Positions 15,118 through 25,400 of a DNA stretch of 29,806 nucleotides are shown here, one piece after another. The notes under the pieces were generated by a model. The model worked only from the letters and a program-made list of their open reading frames with translations. It was not told the origin of the DNA and made no database searches. A program made the position numbers and the translations under genes. Source of the DNA: Candidatus Tayloriibacteriota bacterium (GTDB taxonomy: Bacteria; Patescibacteriota; Minisyncoccia; Phycocordibacterales; PALSA-1337); NCBI GenBank assembly GCA_037144235.1, contig JBAWXC010000001.1:1-29806 (forward strand). Reading direction: 5' to 3'. The first letter of the stretch is position 1, and each line of letters starts with the position of its first letter.

Positions 15118-16536
15118 CTAAATAGTCTCAACTATAATTGTATTTACCTCTTTTGCTTCACCAAATGGCATACCGCCAACAATAACCACTTTCTCTCCCT
15201 TCTTTGCAAATTCATTTTCAATTGCTGACGTTCTCACAATATCGAGGATCTGTTCTATATTCTTGAATGTAGGAACAACCATAGGATAACAACCAAATGA
15301 GAGCATGAGCTTGTTTGCATTTTCAGCCTTGTCTGACAAAGCAAGTATGCGTTCTGCAGGTCTGTAACGAGCGATCATACGTGCACTCGAACCTGAGCGT
15401 GTAAGAGCAACAATCAATCGTGCACCAACATTGTGAGCAGCACGAACTGCTGATTGTGAGATGACATCAGTAATACCATGAGATTGATCATACTCAGCGA
15501 TCGTGTCACAGGTATACACTTCTTTTTCAACACGGCACGCAATCTTGGTCATCATTTTGACTGCTTCGACTGGATAATCACCGAGCGTTGTTTCTTCTGA
15601 GAGCATGATAGCATCTGTTCCATCGATGATCGCATTGGCGATATCAGAGACTTCAGCGCGAGTTGGGATAGGACTCTTGATCATTGATTCCAACATCTGT
15701 GTCGCAGTGATGACTGGCTTGCCAACTGCATTACACTTACTGATCATGAGCTTCTGAGCAAGTGGAACTTCTTCTGCAGGAATTTCGATCGCGAGGTCAC
15801 CACGAGCAACCATGAGACCGTCTGATGCGGTAATGACATCATCGAGTACATCGAGTGCTTCTGGTGTTTCAATCTTTGCAATGATCTGAGCATGTGATCC
15901 TGCCTTCTTCAAAATATCACGGAGTTCGATAATATCTGATGCACGACGAACAAATGACAATGCCACGAAATCAACTTTATTTTTGATACCAAATTCCAAA
16001 TCTGTGCGATCTTTTTCTGTGAGAGAACTGATAGAGAGGTTTGCCCCAGGAACGTTGACTCCTTTCTTGCCCTTGAGCTCACCACCAACGATAACTTTAC
16101 AAATGATGTCATTTCCTTTTACTTCAAGAACTTCGAGACGCTTGCGTCCATCTTGGATCATAATAGCTCCACCAACTTTAACTTCCTTTGGCAACAACGG
16201 ATAGTTGATGTGAACCTTTTCTGCGGTTCCTTCAAATGCATCTGTGGTGAGAGTGAATATCTGACCTTCTTTGAGAACGATACCCTTGTCATCCTTGAAT
16301 GTACCAATACGAATCTTTGGACCGCCGAGATCTTGGAGCATGGCGACTGTTTTGCCGGTCTGCTTCATAACTGTCTTCAAATTGTCGACGCGGTTTTGAT
16401 GTTCTGCGAAGTCGCCGTGTGAGAAATTCAAGCGCATAACATTCATGCCTGCCTGCACGAGCTGTGTAAGCTTTTCGACACTTTCTGTTGCGGGACCGAT
16501 GGTACAAACGATCTTTGTTTTCTTTCCGAGATTCAT
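15118..16536 (-). CDS. pyk: Pyruvate kinase
   Basis: KTKIVCTIGPA, RLNFSHG, DLGGPKIR, IIAKIET, MVARGDLAIE, ATQMLESM and DAIMLSEET. Confidence 0.98.
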   Translation of the reverse strand: MNLGKKTKIVCTIGPATESVEKLTQLVQAGMNVMRLNFSHGDFAEHQNRVDNLKTVMKQTGKTVAMLQDLGGPKIRIGTFKDDKGIVLKEGQIFTLTTDAFEGTAEKVHINYPLLPKEVKVGGAIMIQDGRKRLEVLEVKGNDIICKVIVGGELKGKKGVNVPGANLSISSLTEKDRTDLEFGIKNKVDFVALSFVRRASDIIELRDILKKAGSHAQIIAKIETPEALDVLDDVITASDGLMVARGDLAIEIPAEEVPLAQKLMISKCNAVGKPVITATQMLESMIKSPIPTRAEVSDIANAIIDGTDAIMLSEETTLGDYPVEAVKMMTKIACRVEKEVYTCDTIAEYDQSHGITDVISQSAVRAAHNVGARLIVALTRSGSSARMIARYRPAERILALSDKAENANKLMLSFGCYPMVVPTFKNIEQILDIVRTSAIENEFAKKGEKVVIVGGMPFGEAKEVNTIIVETI

Positions 16537-16609
16537 AGGATATAGGGTTACGTATTAATTAAATAATGAGAATCTATCATACTACATAATGTTTATTTCT
16601 CAAAGGCTA

Positions 16610-17911
16610 TTAGGAAATATTCGCCTTTCGCACATAAGAGCGAAGATAGAAGAAGATAGCGACTGCAATTCCCAAAACAACAAGTACCAAGAGAATATTC
16701 AAGAGAATTTTATGTGACTCTGTAAATGGAATTACAGGGCCAGCTGGAGTTACATATAATGGATTCACGGATTCCAAGCCGACATTTACGATAGGCAGTG
16801 TTCCCTCCTCAATATACGAAGACAAACTTGCAATATCATATTGGGGTTGTTGTGCATTTGGATTTCCATAATAAAGAGTATACGAACTTCCTGTTCGTGC
16901 CTCAAAGATGACAGAAATGACTGGACTCAGTAGTGTAACTGATGGAGTAAGAGATAATGGCGGATTGTCATCATTAACAATTGAGAATCTCATGTAACGA
17001 GAACGTTGTTCTGAATATGTAATTTGACTTGAAGCTCCCTGAAATACTGAAGTTGATACACGAGAGATTGATCCTTGTCCAACATATGTCCATGAAGAAG
17101 TTGCTGAATTTGTATTTGAGACATCAACAACTACACGACGATTATAATTTGAATCTGAAGCCCACAATGTCGCAGAATTATTTATAATACCCTCTGCACC
17201 GAGATCGATAGTAACTTCTGTGGTCTTTTTGTCAGCATTGTTATAAATGACAGCATTCACTTCACGTGAATATTGTTCCGTTGAAATTTTAGTATCACGA
17301 TATATTGTTGCATCAGAAACAGATACGGCTCCTTCTGGACCAGAACCAATTACAACTTTGAAGTATCGAGAAGCATTTCTTGGAAAAGTCACATCGTCTT
17401 TTCCAGAAACAAAACTCAAACGTGGGTCAGAAAATTTGAACATGAAGCCATCATTCGTAACAAGGGACCAACGTTCATCATGCATAGGAATCAATGATTC
17501 AGAAGCATATATCTTTACCTGACGTCTGAAATTTGGTGAATTGGTATTGATATGCAACCCTGTAAATACGCTGCCACTCTGTCCTGTATCAATAATAAAC
17601 TCTGTTGAACCATCAGATGTTGAGGATAGATTGAGAATACTAACTGGAACTACTGGACCAGAAGATATGCTTCTTGTGAGAAAATACGGTGTCTCATTGC
17701 CTTGCGTATCAATGATACGAAGATCAGCAAAACCATTTCCAGTCCAATGCATATCCTGTGGAAATGAAAACGTGACCATACTCTGTTGAGTTGGAAGATT
17801 GGATATTGGTCTTGTATAGTGCCATTCACGTGGTGTAAATGCTGCAAAAGCTACCGTAGAAATTCCCAGAATAACAGATGTGAGCAATGCGATACTTTTT
17901 TTCTTTTGCAT
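16610..17911 (-). CDS. DUF3999-like surface protein (signal peptide, C-terminal TM anchor)
   Basis: Signal peptide ending VAFA, DLRIIDTQGNETPY, YTLYYGNPNAQQPQYD and a C-terminal hydrophobic helix. Follows a DUF2339 gene. Confidence 0.65.
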   Translation of the reverse strand: MQKKKSIALLTSVILGISTVAFAAFTPREWHYTRPISNLPTQQSMVTFSFPQDMHWTGNGFADLRIIDTQGNETPYFLTRSISSGPVVPVSILNLSSTSDGSTEFIIDTGQSGSVFTGLHINTNSPNFRRQVKIYASESLIPMHDERWSLVTNDGFMFKFSDPRLSFVSGKDDVTFPRNASRYFKVVIGSGPEGAVSVSDATIYRDTKISTEQYSREVNAVIYNNADKKTTEVTIDLGAEGIINNSATLWASDSNYNRRVVVDVSNTNSATSSWTYVGQGSISRVSTSVFQGASSQITYSEQRSRYMRFSIVNDDNPPLSLTPSVTLLSPVISVIFEARTGSSYTLYYGNPNAQQPQYDIASLSSYIEEGTLPIVNVGLESVNPLYVTPAGPVIPFTESHKILLNILLVLVVLGIAVAIFFYLRSYVRKANIS

Positions 17912-17926
17912 ATAGATGAGAAATAA

Positions 17927-19855
17927 TTACACAATTTCTTTAAGGCGATCCTTGTACTTTACATACGCGAACGATGCAGCAAGAGCAATCAAGCCGAATA
18001 CAATAAATGAGATAATGCGATACAACTGTCCGAGACTCCACACATCAACAACTACTTTAACGGCAGTAATCACGAATAGTACAAGACCCATGCGTCTCAA
18101 ACTCGCAATACGACGAGAAAAACCGACTGCTGTGAGAATCGCAGCATACAATGTCCACAAGATAGAAACGAGGGTGTTAGACTGATTTTGAGTACTCGAC
18201 ATATCAGCATAATATGCATTACCCAAATCACTTTGCTTTTGTGATGTGTCATATCCATTTGTATATCTCTGCGTATCACGTGATTGAACACTATATGTTT
18301 CCGCTTTCAAACTGAGTTGTGCTTCGTAGTACGAAGTAATCTGTATCGTGAGTGCAAACAAAGAAAGAACATTTGCTATGACTACAAACACTATTATTCC
18401 ACGTTTCATTATGTCTTCCTTGATACTGCCAAATCTACGGTACATATAAGCGATGACATACGCAGCAATAATTGCTAACAACAAAACACCGAAGGTTGTA
18501 TTGAATACTGGAACAAAATTATTGGTATGCGATGTTATTGAATACCACGTGAGGAAATCGAAAAGTCCCAATACGTACACTACAACACCCATCACTTGGA
18601 AACCTCTATTACTAATAACTGATGCAATACCGTACAAGAAACATGCTTCAACGAACCATGCAACCGCTATCCAAGGACCAGAGAATTGAAGTGGAACTGC
18701 GATTGACAGGAATGTAACTGCGAGACCTGGCAAGAATATATTCAATGCCGTATCCTGTGGATTTGCTTTATTAACTACAAAGGCAATCAACATATACACA
18801 ACCGCAACAATAACTGAGAAGAAACCAAGAATGCCATGGTATTGTGGGTTGAGAAGTGCATACACCATAGATGCAAAAGCAAAAGCATTTGCACACATCA
18901 GGAGATAATCTGCTTCATCAGCTTTTGTACCCGCAGCAAGACCTCGAGCAACTTGAGCCACAAGGAAGATAAGGAATGTGATAACACAGAACAACAACGT
19001 CGGCATCAGAACACTTGGGTTATAGAAGGCTCCAAACCACATCATAAAGTTAATCGCTGTTCCGATAAATGAAGCAAGGTTTAAACGTGGCCACTTCTTG
19101 AAGAAAGAAATACCGAGCACACCTGCATTGATAATGGTCAGATACGCAAACAACATTCCCATCGCATTATCATGTGAGCCAACCAAGGTCGGTGTCGCAA
19201 AAGCACCAATCACTGAAACGAGAGCAAGTGTCTGTGTTGCATTCACAATACTAATAGCAAATGCGAGTAACGTCACTATAAACATGAATATACCTGTGGT
19301 CCCCGAATCGATAAGATTGTAGAACGAGTGTGCGGAAAATACTGACAAATATAAAACCGCTATACCTCCACCCATAAGAAGATCTGAATACTGGAGATAT
19401 TTTGTACGAATATATTGCCCAACACCCAAGAAACCTACACCAACGAGAATACCAATCATCACCCTTCCTGCTGGACCGATCCAATTATTATCAAACGCGT
19501 ACTTAAGGAAAAATGCGACACCAATCAAAACTGCAGCGACACCAATGCGACCAAGAATTTTTCCTGATGAATCATCTGAAGAAATTTTTTCTACAGGAGC
19601 AACTGGCGCTGAAGAAGTAACGGGAGAAACGACCGGAGCAACATACTCTTGATTGACTTGTTGTACAGGCACAACATTCACATTAGCAACGGGAGTTTCA
19701 CTCTTGGCTATTGTTACCCCTCCTTTTATTAATCCTTTCAATTCTGCAACTGATTTTTCGAGTGCCTTAATGCGAGAGGATTGCTGAGAAGTCATGTACA
19801 TTGCCACAACCGGTAAAACAAGGAGAAGTATTGGAATCAAAAAAAATATAGCCAT
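17927..19855 (-). CDS. DUF2339 family multi-pass membrane protein
   Basis: RIKALEKSVAELK coiled coil, GRIGVAAVLIGVAFFLKYAFDNNWIGPAGR, LMGGGIAVLYLS and C-terminal KVVVDVWSLGQLYRIISF. Confidence 0.88.
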   Translation of the reverse strand: MAIFFLIPILLLVLPVVAMYMTSQQSSRIKALEKSVAELKGLIKGGVTIAKSETPVANVNVVPVQQVNQEYVAPVVSPVTSSAPVAPVEKISSDDSSGKILGRIGVAAVLIGVAFFLKYAFDNNWIGPAGRVMIGILVGVGFLGVGQYIRTKYLQYSDLLMGGGIAVLYLSVFSAHSFYNLIDSGTTGIFMFIVTLLAFAISIVNATQTLALVSVIGAFATPTLVGSHDNAMGMLFAYLTIINAGVLGISFFKKWPRLNLASFIGTAINFMMWFGAFYNPSVLMPTLLFCVITFLIFLVAQVARGLAAGTKADEADYLLMCANAFAFASMVYALLNPQYHGILGFFSVIVAVVYMLIAFVVNKANPQDTALNIFLPGLAVTFLSIAVPLQFSGPWIAVAWFVEACFLYGIASVISNRGFQVMGVVVYVLGLFDFLTWYSITSHTNNFVPVFNTTFGVLLLAIIAAYVIAYMYRRFGSIKEDIMKRGIIVFVVIANVLSLFALTIQITSYYEAQLSLKAETYSVQSRDTQRYTNGYDTSQKQSDLGNAYYADMSSTQNQSNTLVSILWTLYAAILTAVGFSRRIASLRRMGLVLFVITAVKVVVDVWSLGQLYRIISFIVFGLIALAASFAYVKYKDRLKEIV

Positions 19856-19931
19856 GGTGATTACGGGTGTATACCCTTTATTAATATGCCATGAATTATA
19901 GCAAATAATCCGTATAAACGTTTTATTAGCA

Positions 19932-21482
19932 TCACTTCCTAGAAGCTGTCTTCTTGATGCCTCTTATCTTATGGATAAAATGTACTATTGTGAATGTAAT
20001 ACCGCCAATCGCTAATATCGATAGTATAATCAATGAAAGCCAGTTCAATATGAATGAATTGAGTGTAGATAACATAGATTTCTTGACTAGTATAACAACT
20101 GGTTCTGACAAATTACTCTTGGCACCACGACCATCAATAGCTCTCAGTTCCAAGGTATATGTACCATGTGGTAAATTATTTGCCCACATTGTCTGGAACG
20201 TCCCATCATCAGCAACATTGACCATCTGACCAACCTCACCTCCAAGACTATCCTTGAGGATTATTTCAACACTCGTCAAAGGATATGATGTACCCCGGAG
20301 ATAGAGAGACTCCCCTTCAGATAATTCATGAGGATACTTTGATAACCTAGGTGTATTCAAAGGTAAAACAGAGAAATTGGTACTCTGAATGGTCTCATTG
20401 CCTGCCTTATCAACAGCTTTTACGAGCAGTGTATGATCTCCTGGATCCTGCACTGGCAATGCATACACATTTATGTCTGTGGACGATGAAACTGATATGA
20501 ACTTGCTGTTATCTGTCTTTATTTCATAATGATCAATACCAGAAAGATCATCCGTTGTCTTGAAACTTACGAGAGGTCTCGGATCGTCACCTGCACTACC
20601 CTGTGGTAATGAAATACTAAACGCATGTGGTGCGACCGTATCGACTTGAATCTTGAAACTACTGACTGGACCCCAACCATTTTTATTCTTGAAGCGAAGA
20701 TTGAAATAAGATACACCATCAGAAATATCTGTTATCTCTTTATTTGCAATAGGAGGATTGTAGACTACTTTTGGAGTCGAAGGAGTCTTACTCAAGCCGG
20801 CTGAGACAGCCGCAACATCATCTGGAACATCCCATGTTAGTGATACATCTTTGGTGTTATACCATTTATTCTGATCAGGATGTGTCGAAGAGACAATCAC
20901 TGATGAAACATTCTTATCACTAACTGTCGAAGTAGCTACTGTGCTCGTAGAGAGTGTGTCCGGAACTACATTCTGTGCATCAGTTATCTTCACTGAACTA
21001 GATACTTTGGAAGCGAGAACATCAGTGCCCAAACCATCGTTTGCACGGACTGCTGAATCAGCAAAGGCTATTGAACTTACACCTTTCTTTTTTGCCTTGA
21101 ATGTAATCGATAGTATCTGACCACTCTTTCCTGTAAATCCTGGATTTGGTAATCCTCCATCAAAGGTCACTGTTCCATCGAGATTGGAATATTTTGGACT
21201 CTCAACCCACATTGAGAATATAGACGAGCTCGTATCTATCGATGTTACACTCAACAAGTCTTTGGGAAATGAAATGGTTGTATTAGCTGTATTTATAGCT
21301 GCACCATTTGTATTGACCAATACTTTGGCAGTGAAAGTAGAACCGACAGTAGAAGTTATCGACGCCGGAGAGATATACAATGTTGCAGCAGAGGCATTTT
21401 TTGCAAACACAGAAGAAAACGCGACTATGCACATTATGAACAATGCTCTATGGATATATACTCTGTTGAATACCTTATGCAT
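19932..21482 (-). CDS. Cohesin-domain surface protein with Ig-like domains and C-terminal TM anchor
   Basis: ATLYISPAS...VGSTFTAKVLVNT...INT....ISFPKDLL.V.SID...SIFSMW...GTVTFDGGLP.PGF.G..G.IL.ITFKA, followed by HPDQNKWY and VDTVAP modules. Confidence 0.8.
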   Translation of the reverse strand: MHKVFNRVYIHRALFIMCIVAFSSVFAKNASAATLYISPASITSTVGSTFTAKVLVNTNGAAINTANTTISFPKDLLSVTSIDTSSSIFSMWVESPKYSNLDGTVTFDGGLPNPGFTGKSGQILSITFKAKKKGVSSIAFADSAVRANDGLGTDVLASKVSSSVKITDAQNVVPDTLSTSTVATSTVSDKNVSSVIVSSTHPDQNKWYNTKDVSLTWDVPDDVAAVSAGLSKTPSTPKVVYNPPIANKEITDISDGVSYFNLRFKNKNGWGPVSSFKIQVDTVAPHAFSISLPQGSAGDDPRPLVSFKTTDDLSGIDHYEIKTDNSKFISVSSSTDINVYALPVQDPGDHTLLVKAVDKAGNETIQSTNFSVLPLNTPRLSKYPHELSEGESLYLRGTSYPLTSVEIILKDSLGGEVGQMVNVADDGTFQTMWANNLPHGTYTLELRAIDGRGAKSNLSEPVVILVKKSMLSTLNSFILNWLSLIILSILAIGGITFTIVHFIHKIRGIKKTASRK

Positions 21483-21490
21483 AATACTAT

Positions 21491-22387
21491 TTATTTTTTA
21501 AAGTATCTCTTATATATACCGACTGCAAGCAATAGTATTATCACTGCAATAATGATTCTATACCAATGAATTGGTTGTGATTCTAAAGTATGTACCAGTG
21601 GATATGTAGCTGATCTCTTATTACCAGCTTTATCATAGGCAGTCACATTCAAAGTAGCATTTCCACTCTGATCTTGAAATACATATGTACTTCCACTTCT
21701 TACGACTGGTCCACCATCTTCAGAGACATCATAATGATCTATTCCCGACTGATTGTCGACAGCGGTAAAGTATACGAACTTTTTGCCTGAGAAAAGAGAA
21801 TTGTCTTGACCATCAACTATACTAAATGGTTCTGGTGAAATACGATCAGTAGATATCATATCTAGCCAATCATTGCTTGTAACGGAGTTTGAACTCTTTG
21901 GATCGATCTTTATATATACACCTTTGATAATAACAGGTGCTTTTGTTCCACTGCCATCATTCAAATATACAGATATAGTGCTTGGATCTACACTCACACT
22001 GCCCGCTTTTGTCGCTTGGACAATTATCTTGAACATCGTAGTACCTTCTATACTGAATCCTCCAGGAACTCCCCCAACAAATGATACCGTATGACCATCA
22101 GTCGACAATGAAGGTGTCCGTGGCCACAAACCAAACGAAGAACTAGCAAGACTAAATTCCTTGATGATCAAATCCCCCGGATTACCTTTGAATGTAATAT
22201 CGCCTTCTACACTATTCAAGACTGCAGCATCTGCGTTTATCTTGACTGAAATGACCGCTGTATCACCCACTGAAATAGTATTTCTGGATGATTCTATATA
22301 TACCGTCGCTGCAAATGCATGAATCGGTGCAATACCAAGAATCGATACTGCTATGACCAAGATATTTTTGCAAGTAAGACGTTTCAT
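21491..22387 (-). CDS. Cohesin-domain surface protein with C-terminal TM anchor
   Basis: ATVYIES...SVGDTAVISVKIN...NSVEGDITF...FGLW..TP...VSFVGGVPGG...FKIIV, plus AVDNQSGIDHYDV and a C-terminal hydrophobic helix with a basic tail. Confidence 0.75.
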   Translation of the reverse strand: MKRLTCKNILVIAVSILGIAPIHAFAATVYIESSRNTISVGDTAVISVKINADAAVLNSVEGDITFKGNPGDLIIKEFSLASSSFGLWPRTPSLSTDGHTVSFVGGVPGGFSIEGTTMFKIIVQATKAGSVSVDPSTISVYLNDGSGTKAPVIIKGVYIKIDPKSSNSVTSNDWLDMISTDRISPEPFSIVDGQDNSLFSGKKFVYFTAVDNQSGIDHYDVSEDGGPVVRSGSTYVFQDQSGNATLNVTAYDKAGNKRSATYPLVHTLESQPIHWYRIIIAVIILLLAVGIYKRYFKK

Positions 22388-22419
22388 ATGTTTCTATTAA
22401 TGTGATCAGTTTTTATAAT

Positions 22420-25400
22420 TTATTTACCCCAGTTATACAACAATATTGAGAAATCAACCGCATTTACTTTTCCATCTTTATTGATATCAACTGATGGATT
22501 ACTAAATGGTGATTTCGTCTTCCAGAAATACAACAATATTGAGAAATCTATAGAATTGACCTTACCATCTCGATTGAAATCCGCCTTGTTACCAGCTTTG
22601 ACTTGTCCGAATATTCCAAATTTTGAGAAATGATTTACGGTAGCAGTAAGAATCTTGGTGTACGTATCGAGAGTTGTAGGTAATACTTCCCATTTCTTTG
22701 TCTTCTCATTGTACCAATATACCTTCAAGGTATTTTCGATCAGACCATTGATCTGAGCGTTATTATACTTGAATGTGAGAGTTATAGGTTGACTGAATTG
22801 AGTCTGATTATTTGAAGACTTGATATCGAAAACCATGTTTGCCGCTTCCAAAAGACCCGGATTTACTGGGACAACAGGTTTCGTAGGATTATTCTCGACT
22901 ATAGGAGTAACGGTAATAACAGATGGTGTCGAAATTGTATTTTGACTCACTGCAACTGTCAGTGTTCCACCGAGAACTGTAGTAGCTTTTACGGTACCTG
23001 CTTGATTGGAATCAAATTTCGTAGAACCAACCGTAGCCACTGTTACAGGAACTGCGTATATATCACTATTGGTATTGGTTGAAACCGGTGCTCCACTTGA
23101 TCCACTACCACCCCCACCACCTCCACCACCACCACTATTTCCTCCAGTATTTGTTGGAGCTGTCGCAGTAAATGATCTATATGATATAGAACTTTCCGTT
23201 CCGAAATATGCAATTACCTTGAAGTAATAAGTGCCCGCATTTGGAACGGTCGCCGTAAGAGTTGTATTGAAATCTTGTCCAGCATTTATATATTTTGCAG
23301 CGACTGCGTCGAATACATTATGACCACTTCCACATGGATCATTGAGATCAGAGACAACACACCATTGATATTGATATTCATTACCACTCAAACCTTCGTT
23401 GGTTATAGTTATATTTGCAGATATATTTGGAGTTACTGTATTTGAAATATTATTTATAATAACCTGAGCAGGTGTAGTCACTACAGTCCAATAATCATTT
23501 CCTGGAAGAGTCTTACCAGTCTCTACGTTTGCAGAGAAAACAGTCTCCCATGTACCTGCTGGAGCATTTCCTGGTGTTGTATATGAATAACTATATGTTC
23601 CAGTAGCAACACGTGTCATGGCTACATTGTTTGCAATTATGTTACGAGATGGATCGTAAACAACGACAGTTGGCAAACTGAGAGAGTCTGTGAGTGTGCC
23701 GTTGTATATTGTATTAACAGTAGCAAGATAATTACCTCCAGCAACCACACTACCGAAATCAGATGTAGTAACTGTCCATGGTGATGCAGAAGAAAGTGTG
23801 AGTGATGTGAGTGTTCTAGTTGCAGAGTTCCAAATATCTGTTGCTAAATTTCCAGCTGAAGAAAGTGTTCTTGTGCTATATGACCAGACATTAGCTGGGA
23901 TAGAAGCAACACTAGCTACGAGAGAACTGAGCGTTGAACCGAGTGAACTAGAAGCTGCAAGGACATTTGCATTGGTTGTATTGATATTGGTATTAGCTGT
24001 AGCAAGAGTTGCGCCGAGTGACGATGAAGCATTACTCAACTGAGTACTGAGGGCTGCAATATCAGTCCATGTAATAGTATCAGTCTTGGTTTTGATGCCG
24101 GTAACATTTGTCCAATCAATCGTATCTGTCTTTGTTTTAATACCAGTGACATCTCCCCATGCAATAGTATCAGTCTTAGCTTTGATCAAACCATTTGAAG
24201 TAACGAGACCTGTGACATCAGACCAGGCAATACTATCTGTCTTGGTTTTGATAGCTGATATATTACTTGTACCATTTTCTGTGATGAGAGTGGCCGCATT
24301 TGCTTTAACTGTTGTGACGTCTGACCAGTTGATGGTGTCGGTTTTTGCTTTAACAGCGAGAGTGATAGCAGCAAGTGAGGTTGAGGCGAGGTCGGTGTGT
24401 GCATTAATTGAAGAGATAGCTGAGGCAACCTGAGAATCTGTGTGACTATTAACCGCTGTTGTTCCAGCATTGATACTGGCAGCCAAACTAGATGAAGCAT
24501 TTAGAACATTCGCAGCTGTAGCCAAGGAACCCGAAGTCAATGATGCATCAGTTAGGTTACGTGTTGCATATGACCAGACATCTGAAGCTGTTAGAGTTGA
24601 ACCAACTGAGGTTAGAGTCCTCGTGCTATTTGCCCATACATCTGCAACCAACGTGCCGAACGTGGTAAGCGAACGACTACCTGATGACCAAACTGCAAGA
24701 GGAATAGTTGAAGCAAGAGAAGTTGAAGCGGTGAGCACTGTTGCATCAGTATGGTTGTTGATAGTTGAAATACCAGTTGTAAATTGTGAATCTGTATGAC
24801 TGTTAATAGCCGTAATAGCTGAAACAACTTGTGAGTTGGTATTTGTATTTACGTTAGTGGTTTCAGTAGTAATTGCTGAACCAAGTGAACTCGAAGCCGC
24901 AAGGACATTTGCATTGGTTGTATTGATATTGGTATTAGCTGTAGCAAGAGTTGCGCCGAGTGATGAGGATGCATTACTCAACTGAGTACTGAGTGCTGCA
25001 ATATCTGCCCAAGCAATAGTATCAGTCTTGGTTTTGATACCTGTCACATCAGACCAGTTGATAGTGTCAGTCTTGGTTTTGATACCAGTGACATCAACCC
25101 AGGCAATGGTGTCTGTCTTAGCTTTGATTTGACCTGAAGTTGTAACGAGGCCAGTAATATCAGACCAGGCAATACTGTCTGTCTTGGTTTTGATAGCTGA
25201 AATATTGCCTGTACCAATTTCGGTGATGAGGGTGGCTACGTTTGCTTTGACTGTTGTCACGTCTGACCAGTTGATGGTGTCGGTCTTGGTTTTGACGGCA
25301 AGAGTGATAGCAGCAAGTGATGTCGAGGCAAGGTCAGTGTGTGCATTAATTGAGGAAATGGCTGAGGCGACTTGTGAGTTGGTGTTTGTATTTACATTCG

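Noticed and set aside
23097-23140. CCA/CCC-rich tract
   Set aside because: It encodes the GGNSGGGGGGGGGSGSSG linker of the dockerin protein.
23939-25377. 42-bp-period and 942-bp-period repeats as CRISPR or DGR TR/VR
   Set aside because: They are in-frame coding repeats. Differences are largely synonymous and not visibly adenine-restricted.
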